A stretch of DNA of 64,000 nucleotides from contig JAQGDQ010001041.1 of NCBI GenBank assembly GCA_030141605.1, positions 4,241 through 68,240 on the forward strand, read 5' to 3'. The stretch's first letter is position 1. Every line of letters starts with the position of its first letter. Positions 53,689 through 64,000 of the stretch are shown here, piece after piece. Below the pieces are notes generated by a model that searched no databases, was not told the DNA's origin, and saw nothing but the letters and a program-made list of their open reading frames with translations. This DNA comes from Tubiluchus corallicola (Eukaryota; Animalia; Priapulida). A program made the position numbers and the translations under genes.

Positions 53689-54833
53689 GAGCGGTGCGTG
53701 AAAATTCCTGACAGAACCTTTTTAACAAAAACGACGATTTCTTGTACAATATTATTGAGTTTTTACCAAGCGAGAGAACATTAGCGGCCATCTTGAAGTT
53801 GCATTATTTAGGACGTGTCGCCTGGGCTGAATTATTTGGATATGAGCTACCCGGTGGCATGTACAACTCAACCCAACTGAGAGGTTTCTGTTGCTTTGGT
53901 TCTGACTTTAGTACATAATGAAGGGGACTGATATCTCAAATGTGCTTCAAAATCAGAAACAGTTTCATAGTAAACAACAGCCATACTGTTATTACTCACC
54001 GCTGGGTTTCTCGTAATACTCCCACGCAGTTTGACTTGTGAGCTAACAAGTGGGCATCAGAAGCCAGATTACTTGTAATCCTAAGATTATATCACGTTGC
54101 CATAAGCTCTCTGAAGCCACAGAAGCCAATTAAAAGCGATCTTGACTATAAATGCTTAGCACAGCGCGATTTTTGCTCATGTGACAGCATTGACAAAAGA
54201 AGCGGCTGCGGTAATACGATGGAACGCAAGCGTCAAAATTAAATTATTTAGAAAATTATAATTAGGCGACCTTCACAACTGCACTGTTGTCTATTCTTCA
54301 CCTCAAAAACTCGCTTTGTTACCTTGCAATAAATTCAATTTGAAACGACCTCTCATGCCATCAACTTCCTATTCATCAGTCTTACATTCCAGCCAGAAAA
54401 ATGCCACGCCCCCCCCCATCCACTAGGCCATCTACCAGTAATGTTAACCACCAAGCAATATAAAAAAGGCACATTCCACATATATTGACAATCTCACTTA
54501 CCAAGAATGCTTATAAGCGGCGAATTTTACCATTTAAACACAGTTTTACAGGCATTGTACGTTAATTGAAAAAAAATAATTGTGACTGTGAATATTTTAT
54601 CGCTGTTTTGAAATATGAATAGTTACGTACAACTACAAAAAGACCAAACTATAAAGAGACTCCAAAAATAATAAACAAAAAAGCAGTAATAAGTCCCTTC
54701 GCCTAAGTGCGAAACAAGAGAAAACGAACTATATTATTTGAAATGATAGTGAAGATCACAACAACTGTAGCCTGGAAAAAACCTCGTTTTATTTCAGAAC
54801 AAACGGCTTCAACGGATTGATTCTATAAAACAT

Positions 54834-55350
54834 TTCACCTCAACTCACTTCGTCTCAACCCACCTCCCCTCCCCCATCTCACTCTCACCTCTGCTCCCTC
54901 ATCATAACTCATCATCATTATCATCATACGCCCGTCACGTCTACTGTAGACATTGGGCAGGCAGAATTCTAAAATAAAAGAAAGGAATATTTAATCCATC
55001 TCCCCGGTGCATTGTTAACAATCTGACCATTTAATTTGGCTGAGCATGATTATGCTTTCAGAGTTAACTCATCATAACTCATGTCATCTTATCTCATCTG
55101 ACCACCTCAAATCACTTCATATCACCTCATCGCCTTAACTCTGCTCACCTTCCCTCATCTCACATCGTGTTATCTCATCAGTCATAATCTCACCTCAGCT
55201 TAACTCACCTCGCTTCACTTCACTTCATCTCAACTCATCTCATCTCAGCTGGTCTCCTCACCTCACATCATCTCACCTCATCTCATCACCTCACCTTTTT
55301 TATCTCGTTTCATCGCATCTGACCACACCTCAATGTAATTCATCTCACCA
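54834..55350. repeat. Degenerate (CTCAY)n pentamer tract interrupted by an insertion
   Basis: Direct reading. Confidence 0.75.
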
Positions 55351-56340
55351 GTACAACAGAATTAGCTGTTCACTGCAGCAGTTAACACATGGAACTCAAC
55401 GAACAATCAGCTGAAAAATTTCCACTTTTTACTGGCCCACCAACAAACTCAATTTCACTGACTTTCTGCACCAATAACTCACGGAAATCACTGTGCATAG
55501 AATGGAAACTATATGATTTCTGCAACACAGACTGACTTTGCACTGCGTGTGGATATTTAATCCATCTCCCCGGTGCATTGTTAACAATCTGACCATTTAA
55601 TTTAGCTGAGCACGATTATGCTTTCAGAGTTAAGATCACTGTAAATATTTGCATTTTGACCCTCTCCTTGCCTGAGAGGTTCCTATTGAAGAGAAGCTGA
55701 ACTTCGTGTCTTGATTGTCTCAGTAATTAGCTGATCAAACTTCACAGGGATGCTGCCGCTTAGAGAGTCAGTACCGTTATTGTTAGCTGTTCAGATGGGA
55801 ATAACTTAATTTCAAAAATTGTGGACTGGCGGACCCATTTTCACTCGCATTTTACCGCATACTGGCACACCAACACCTTACATTTACGTTCAGCTAGAAA
55901 TTAGTAGTTGACACCACTCTCCAAGCAAAAATAGCGCTTCAGAACGCTAAGCAAGACCACATTGACATCTCTAGGGCTTTCAATAAGCTCTAGCATAAAC
56001 GCCTACTCCACAAATTTCAACCTTTTACAATAAACACCATATTTTGAAAAATATAAAAACAAACAAGTGACAACATGCTGATTATCATATTATTACTTCA
56101 ACATATGCAGACTGCAGTTGTGTGGTGACTAATTTTGGAGACTGTGGTTACTCATAAATAATGGTATTTAAACTGCATGGTCACTTCTTTGTGGAACAGC
56201 ACTGCTTCTGTTTCAGAAAGATTGTGTCTTGACCAGGTCCTTGTCAGGGACCTCCTTTTGAGTGCTTTTCCAGCCACATTCTCAAGAACCGTTACGTCTT
56301 GCCCATATGCCAGCATTATAATCACATAAGATTATTAATA

Positions 56341-56470
56341 AAGTATTATCGCTTATAATTGCAGGTCATTAGAAGTAATCTTGTTCATATCATTCATGTA
56401 AATCCAAAACAGTAAAGGGCTATGTATTGAGCCTTGCGGTATCCCAGCTATTATCCACTTGGGGGATTTC
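56341..56470 (-). pseudogene. Decayed non-LTR retrotransposon (CR1/L2-like) reverse transcriptase fragment
   Basis: Minus strand translates KWIIAGIPQGSIHSPLLFWIYMNDMNKITSNDLQL*, matching the RT motif GVPQGSxLxPLLFxIYxND. The YADD motif is disrupted by a stop and frameshift. Confidence 0.75.
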
Positions 56471-58782
56471 CTTGCAATCTGATAAATTCGTGTTGAATCT
56501 TTTCTTTTTTAATTTGTCTGATTTGTTTTTAAAGTGTAGATAAAACTTTGGTTACACTGCACCATTAAAACACTCAACGAGCCTAAGGCATTTTAACTTT
56601 TGAAACATTTCCTTCGTCTAAGTCACTAACTCTTCAGCACAAGCTTTCTGAAACTTTTTCACGACTCAATTAAATAGCTACGGCTCAATGTCGCAGCTTC
56701 ACGCACTGAACGACGAAATGCCCTTTCACTATTGCCTTTATAGTATTCAATAAAATTAATGGCAAAACCTATTTATACCCGATTAATGTCGAGCGGTTTA
56801 CTACAATTTATTTACCCTTTCTCTTCATTTCAAAGTATAGCATCAGTTTCTTCATATCAATCATAGGATTACCTCTACAAGTAGCGTTTAATGCTGTCAG
56901 ATTGTTAGCATTAGCGATGACAAATCTTTAAAAGCTCTAAATTCTTTGCAAATATCGTTGTCATTTACATTTCATATTTTACATCTGGATGAGGGACAGG
57001 CAGCCAGTTGAAAGGACAGTCAAAAGCTATACTGAATACACGAATACTTTTTCATCAAAACAAAAAACTTATTTTAATAACTGTTACACATTAGGGGTTA
57101 ATTAGTGCTATTGTTATGCATACGTAAATATAAGTTCTCTTTTTTATTTTTGTAAATAGTAAGTTTATGTATTTGTAATTAAATTTACTAGCAATTAGTA
57201 GTATTATTATGCATATGTAAATATTTTTAACTGCTTTAACTTTTTAATTTTTGTAAATAGTAAGTTTATGTCTTTGTAATTAGTTTTACTAGTAATCCCA
57301 TTTTTCTAGTAATCCCATTTTTATGGCTTAATACATGTAATGTCTGCGAACTGAGTTGGTGGACCCTATTATTAGAGGACCCTAAATGTTAAATTACAGG
57401 ATCCTAAACTTAAATAAACTGACATTTTACTCGACTACTGTGTGGATGCTATCAAGTGACATCAATTTGAAGAAAATAACTCTAGTCAGGTATGCACATG
57501 GTGTTGCACATACAGAATCCACTGGACTCACTACAACTCACTGATAAACTGACAGTCATAAATGAACGTAAAAAGGGCTACCGTAAGACAAAATAGAATA
57601 AAAAATCCGTCTACAATGGAAAAGGTTTGTCCAACTGTATTTCCACCTTCAAAACAAAAATAGCCAAAATGGCATCGTTTCTAAATTCCACAAAAGAACT
57701 GATAAAGTGTCTATTAATATCAGAAATGGTCTCTGTCCAGGTACCACTTTTCAGAGAATAGAAGCCAGAAGTATGCTATCCATCAATTCAACAACAGAAC
57801 TGATTTGTTCATTCCTTTCCAAGAGCAAAAGAGGACATCATCTTCAAAGCCGCAGCAGAAGCCTGCACATATGAGTACGAATCCTAGCATGGAAGGCCAG
57901 AAAAGAACCAAAAAAATCTTCAAAATTCCACAATCGGATACCTTCCATCTCTGTACTATCTAGCTGCAAACCAACCATTAGCAGGCAGTGAGTCACTTGC
58001 AATCAAACTGCTTTCAATTTTAGAGAATCACTCTAAATTTTTGCGGACCACAAACACTGTTTCTGTTCAGCTTAATCAGTTGCGATAAGAAAGAAGGTTT
58101 AACAAAGCGAAACTTAACAAGAGCGCCTGTTTGTCGGGACAAATGTCTTTTTAATTACCTGCTAGTAAAAGCTAAAGACAAGCAGAGCCAAGATGCAATT
58201 TAATTATGTTGGATGCTGCTGATTTAATATGTAGTCATCTAACAGAGCAGAAACTAGTGCGAAGTGCTTAAGGCAGTATTCACGCAGAGAATACAGTGAA
58301 ATAGAAAACCACACTGATACTGTGGCTACGCTTTTTTTACCTATCCTTGAATCCATCCCTTGAAACTATTTTCTCCCCTGTTAGAAAGACGGTACTCTCG
58401 CGTCTTAATAAAAACGATTAGGCGCTAAACTCCAAAAATGGAAACGTCCGCTTTAGATGATATGCAATAGGTATTCAAAAGTTATTCTTTTTAAAGTAAA
58501 ATCTTTTCATTAACTAAGAAATGAGTGACAACATTACGACATTAAAGACGTACAATTAAAAATTATTTTTGTCTGGTGTTTAAATAACCGAAGTTGAACA
58601 GAACATGTGACCCTTGCAACTAAATTATCACGATCTGAATTAATGCACAAATTTTCTCTTTAAGACAAATAAACGTGCCAAAATACTTCCCGAATTTGCC
58701 AATTCCTTTTTTCTAAACCGTTTTGGGTATTAACCTGGAGACATCTTAGCATCACTTCTGTCAATTGCAGTTTAAATCTCCA

Positions 58783-59810
58783 TGGGATGAGATTAAGCAA
58801 CCATCTAAGAACGATCTCATTCCACGAGATGAGACAAAGTGGCCTATCGAGAGAACCGTCTCATTCTATGAGATGAGACAAAGTAGCCTAACGAGAGAAT
58901 CATTTGATTCTATGAGATGAGACAAAATAGCCTATCAAGGTAATCATTTCATACTATGAGATGAGACAAAGTAGCCTATCGAGGTAATCATTTCATACTA
59001 TGAGATGAGACAAAGTAGCGCATCGAGAGAATCATCTCATACAATGAGATGAGACAAAGTAGCCTATCGAGAGAATCATCTCATTCTATGAGATGAGACA
59101 AAGTAGCCTATCGAGGTAATCATTTCATACTATGAGATGAGACAAAGTAGCCTATCGAGAGAATCATCTCATACAATGAGATGAGACAAAGTAGCCTATC
59201 GAGGTAATCATTTCATACAAAAACAAAACCACAAACAACAAAAACAAACCACAAAACAATCGAGAATCATTCATACATGAGATGAGACAAAGTAGCCTAC
59301 GAAACAACTATGAGATGAGACAAAGTAGCCTATCGAGGTAATCATTTCATACTATGAGATGAGACAAAGTGGCCTAACGAGAGAATCATTTGATTCTATG
59401 AGATGAGACAAAGTAGCCTATCGAGGTAATCATTTCATACTATGAGATGAGACAAAGTAGCCCATCGAGAGAATCATCTCATTCTATGAGATGAGACAAA
59501 GTAGCCTATCGAGGTAATCATTTCATACTATGAGATGAGACAAAGTAGCCTATCGAGAGAATCATCTCATACAATGAGATGAGACAAAGTAGCCTATCGA
59601 GGTAATCATTTCATACTATGAGATGAGACAAAGTAGCCTATCGAGAGAATCATCTCATTCTATGAGATGAGACAAAGTAGCCCATCGAGAGAATCATCTC
59701 ATTCTATGAGATGAGACAAAGTAGCCTATCGAGGTAATCATTTCATTCTATGAGATGAGACAAAGTAGCCTATCAAGAATCGTCTCATTCTATGAGATGA
59801 GATTATGCAG
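58783..59810. repeat. 44-bp minisatellite with two mostly alternating variants, about 22 copies
   Basis: TATGAGATGAGACAAAGTAGCCTATCGAG(AG/GT)AATCAT(C/T)TCAT(T/A)C. Confidence 0.96.
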
Positions 59811-60440
59811 CTATCCAGAAGCACACAACAGCACACACTGATTTGACAGACACATTATCGCCATCAAATACTCATAATCACATTCAACAGCTCTGAGATA
59901 TTTAGACTCTCTAGACACGCCATTCAGCAGTGACAATAGGGAATTAATGCACACGCATCGCTATACTTGCACAGACAAAATCTAATTACATGTATTAGAG
60001 CGGGAAGACTATAAACGCAACGCTTGCTGTTATGCACACAGTAGCAACACATCCCTTGTGTAATGCTGGAAACCATTGCGTACTGTGTGAAGCCTGTCAG
60101 CCCAAATCGTGAGTAATTATGATAGTATGACACGAATATCATAATCATGTCACTAAATGTAGCAGGCTCATATGAACGCATGCGCAGTACACACAAAATG
60201 AATAAGGATCTATAGTTACGGGGTTTCATGCTCGGTCATTTTTTAAACATTAGTAAAATGTAAAATTAAATTAGTATGGTTAATTATAACTACATTATAT
60301 ATGTAGTTATATAATATATATAATAACGCATTATAACTATATTACATATATCCATTAGTGGATGAGGAAAACATTCTGACACGCCAGTCTAGTAACATAA
60401 ACTAGTGGATTATATAGAGTTGATTTTTCTGGAAAGTCGA

Positions 60441-60545
60441 GTGCCTCTGTGGTGTACTGATGAGTACAGCTGCAGACAAAGCAGAAGGTCTCGGTTTCGA
60501 TTCGCAGTGGAGGCGGAAAATATTTAGCATTGTCTTCCTATGCTT
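60441..60545 (+). mobile_element. tRNA-derived SINE head (related inverted copy at about 61528-61600)
   Basis: TGTGGTGTACTGATGAG...GACAAAGCAGAAGGTCTCGGTTTCGATTC has A/B-box spacing. The 61528 copy reads GACAAGCAGAATGTCTTGAGTTCGAGGCC on the minus strand. Confidence 0.5.
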
Positions 60546-60634
60546 ATTAGTTAAAACTTCAAAACATGACAACAAGGAAGACTTTTCAGTAAAAACTGCC
60601 TGTATGTACTGCAATTAAACATATAACTATACCA

Positions 60635-60751
60635 TGCTATGCTATGCTATGCTATGCTATGCTATGCTATGCTATGCTATGCTATGCTATGCTATGCTAT
60701 ACTATACTATACTATACTATACTATACTATACTATACTATACTATACTATA
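60635..60751. repeat. (ATGCT)n-(ATACT)n compound microsatellite
   Basis: Direct reading. Confidence 0.97.
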
Positions 60752-62291
60752 TTACAATTAACTATAGGAAAAAGGCATAGATAATTGATGGCTTTATAAA
60801 GAAATACTAAAAACTAACATTTTTTCCAGATTTATTCCGAAATTTATTGAATGATTTATTTTGATTTAAGACAGCTAACGGTTTTTCTTTCAGATTTAAG
60901 ACAGCACCGGAAGCGGAATAAGAATTCACCTCGTAAGAAGCTTTTATTGCTGCCGTAGATGAGAATAATTTGCACTTTTTCTGCTCTGAAAATCACCTGA
61001 AACGATTTACGCTCGTCTGACACAAACGTGACAGCTGTCGCTAATACCGTCCATACTTAACCCTTTCACAACCGAAGACGATCATATTTCAACTGATCCG
61101 TTATTAAAAAGTAATCACATCAAATCCAACTTTATTTAAATTCGGTTTGCAGACATGAAAACGTGAACTTCTGGAAGCTACTAGATCGACCGGTATGCTA
61201 AGTTTACCGATAGAAATATTCCTCGAGTGATAAAAAACACATTTACAGATATACAATCATAATAAATAATATCAAAAACTTACTTAATTTAAATACGCCT
61301 AAAAGATCAAGACAACAAATAAACAAACAAAAACAAACAAACACACAAACGACGTACAAACAAATAAAGATGGCAATGCTCTACAATCTCTCACGAGAGA
61401 GAACTCAAATACCATTCCACGTGAAATGCCAACAAACTTTACGGGTTATCAGTTACCATGTATGAAACAGCTTCATCATCTGCAGCAACAGCAAACCAAT
61501 AAATTAGAAACTCTGAAATATTTTACACTGCAGTGGGCCTCGAACTCAAGACATTCTGCTTGTCGGGCTAGCTATGCTAGCCGCTGCACAACCGCACTGA
61601 ATTTTCTAGATTTATTAACAGACATAAAGCTGAAAATGAAAGCAAGTGGATTTGCAAAAAAGTAAAATAGTGGTATTTGTTTAAGAATATTTTCACTGAC
61701 AAACAAAACATAGCTGTTCTAGTTTATTTAAAGAATTTGTAATAAGTTTACTTTAAGCTACGTATATGTAACTAAAATACATAGATAGAGAGTAAACAAA
61801 TATTCAAAACGGTTGCAGGCGAGTTGGGAAGGGGAGGGGGCATAATTTCATTAACATGGGGGCGCCAAAAGGACATCAATAAGAACTCATTAAGAAATCT
61901 TTTTGTGTTAAAGATGCCAAAGTTCAGTATAATATAATAAAAATGACTAATAACGTTTGGAAAGTTGAAAACGGACGAAATATACTGAGATACGGGATAG
62001 GATATACAGGAGAAATATACGGGATAGGATGAATCGCGCAGCTGGGAAGTGATAATTAGCACAGCAACATCCTGGAAAACGGCTTCCAGGAAAAAGTCCT
62101 GATTCGATAAGTTTTATTAGCTGTTTATTACATAACAATGAAGATAACATTGCTGATAACGCTAGCAACGGTTGTTACACGCAGTGCCTGATCATGTGTG
62201 AGAGATGTTACTAGATTGCTAAAGAAGGATTGGAAATCTGTACATGTCTAAAATTTCTCAAATTGTCCATGTCTGCACAGAACAGATAAAT

Positions 62292-64000
62292 TACAGTGAC
62301 TTAATAAGAGCAGTACCCATTTGAGAGGGAAGGGACTACAGTGCCTTAATAATAGCAGTGCCCATGTGAGAGGGAAGGGACTATGAGAGGGAAGGGAATA
62401 CAGTGCCTTAATAAGAGCAGTACCCATGTGAGAGGGAAGGGACTACAGTGCCTTAATAAGAGCAGTGCCCATTTAAGAGGAAAAGGACTACAGTGCCTTA
62501 ATAATAGCAGTGCCCATGTGAGAAGGAAGGGACTACGAGAGGGAAGGGACTACAGTGCCTTAATAAGAACAGTGCTCATGTGAGAGGGAAGGGACTACTG
62601 TGCCTTAATAAGAGCAGTGCCCATTTGAGAGGGAAGTGACTACAGTGCCTTAATAAGAGCAGTGCCCATGTGAGAGGGAAGGACTACTGTGCCTTAATAA
62701 GAGCAGTGCCCATGTGAGAGGGAAGGGACTACAGTGCCTTAATAAGAACAGTGCCCATGTGAGAGGGAAGGGACTACAGTGCCTTAATAATAGCAGTGCC
62801 CATGTCAGAGGGAAGGGACTACAGTGCCTTAATAAGAGCAGTGCCCATGTGAGAGGGAAGGAACTACAGTGCCTTAATAAGAACAGTGGGCCCATGTGAG
62901 AGGGAAGGGACTACAGTGCCTTAATAAGAGCAGTACCCATGTGTGAGGGAAGGGACTACAGTGCCTTAATAGGAACAGTGCCCATGTGAGAGGGAAGGGA
63001 CTACAGTGACTTAATAAGAGCAGTACCCATTTGAGAGGGAAGGGACTACAGTGCCTTAAAAAGAGCAGTGCCCATGTCAGAGGGAAGGGACTACAGTGCC
63101 TTAATAACAGCAGTGCCCATGTCAGAGGGAAGGGACTACAGTGCCTTAATAATAGCAGTACCCATTTGAGAGGGAATGGACTACAGTGCCTTAATAAGAG
63201 CAGTGCCCATGTGAGAGGGAAGGGACTACAGTGCCTTAATAAGAGCAGTGATGTGGAAGGGAAGGGACTACAGTGCCTTAATAGGAACAGTGCCCATGTG
63301 AGAGGGAAGGGACTACAGTGACTTAATAAGAGCAGTACCCATTTGAGAGGGAAGGGACTACAGTGCCTTAAAAAGAGCAGTGCCCATGTCAGAGGGAAGG
63401 GACTACAGTGCCTTAATAAGAGCAGTGCCCATGTCAGAGGGAAGGGACTACAGTGCCTTAATAATAGCAGTACCCATTTGAGAGGGAAGGACTACAGTGC
63501 CTTAATAAGAGCAGTGCCCATGTGAGAGGGGACTACAGTGCCTTAATAGAACAGTGCCCATGTGAGAGGAAAGGACTACAGTGTCTTAACAAGAGCAGTG
63601 CCCATGTGAGAGGGAAGGGACTACAGTGCCTTAATAAGAGCAGTACCCATGTGAGAGGACTACAGTGCCTTAATAAGAGCAGCTCATGTAGAGGAAGGGA
63701 CTACAGTGCCTTAATAATAGCAGTACCCATTTGAGAGGGAATGGACTACAGTGCCTTAATAAGAGCAGTGCCCATGTGAGAGGGAAGGGACTACAGTGCC
63801 TTAATAAGAGCAGTGATGTGGAAGGGAAGGGACTACAGTGCCTTAATAGGAACAGTGCCCATGTGAGAGGGAAGGGACTACAGTGCGTTAATAAGAACAG
63901 TGCCCATGTGAGAGGGGACTACAGTGCCTTAATAAGAACAGTGCCCATTTGAGAGGGAAGGGACTATAATGCCTTAATAAGAATAGTGCTCGTTTGAGAG
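62292..64000. repeat. 45-bp satellite (GGGACTACAGTGCCTTAATAAGAGCAGTGCCCATGTGAGAGGGAA), more than 35 copies, runs off the window end
   Basis: Direct reading; the 15-aa periodic ORFs (RGKGLQCLNKSSAHV) are its translation. Confidence 0.98.

Noticed and set aside
51712-53791. Mucin-like poly-Thr and His/Cys-rich ORFs (also 23011-23388, 32840-33294, 43157-43492)
   Set aside because: Microsatellite and low-complexity tracts open in several frames on both strands.
60441-60520. Functional tRNA gene (also about 8440, 32630, 38870, 43500, 61530)
   Set aside because: Only A/B-box-like remnants; I could not fold a complete cloverleaf, so these are treated as SINE heads.
62383-63952. 15-aa repeat ORFs RGKGLQCLNKSSAHV
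   Set aside because: 45-bp satellite with frequent frameshifting indels.

Overview
AT-rich, repeat-dense eukaryotic (metazoan, probably invertebrate) genomic DNA. One protein-coding gene is well supported: a three-coding-exon neuronal calcium sensor of the NCS-2 type on the minus strand (16828-16712, 10310-10038, 7511-7335; 188 aa; canonical GT-AG phase-0 introns; at least one further 5'-UTR exon lies upstream). The rest is intronic or intergenic. It holds many non-autonomous DNA transposons (TTAA-flanked Kolobok/T2-like MITEs of at least 3 families, a long-TIR MITE, a Harbinger-like MITE carrying an internal satellite, hAT-like and Academ-like pieces), tRNA- and 5S-derived SINE remnants, one decayed LINE RT fragment, about 15 unrelated minisatellites and many microsatellites. 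Nearly all other ORFs in the track are repeat artefacts. I found no convincing new multi-gene system. The most notable signals are a triplicated splice donor in ncs-2, hairpin-forming elements inside the ncs-2 transcript, transposons turning into satellites, and arrays built from palindromic monomers. All repeat-family assignments are from motif recognition, not database searches.
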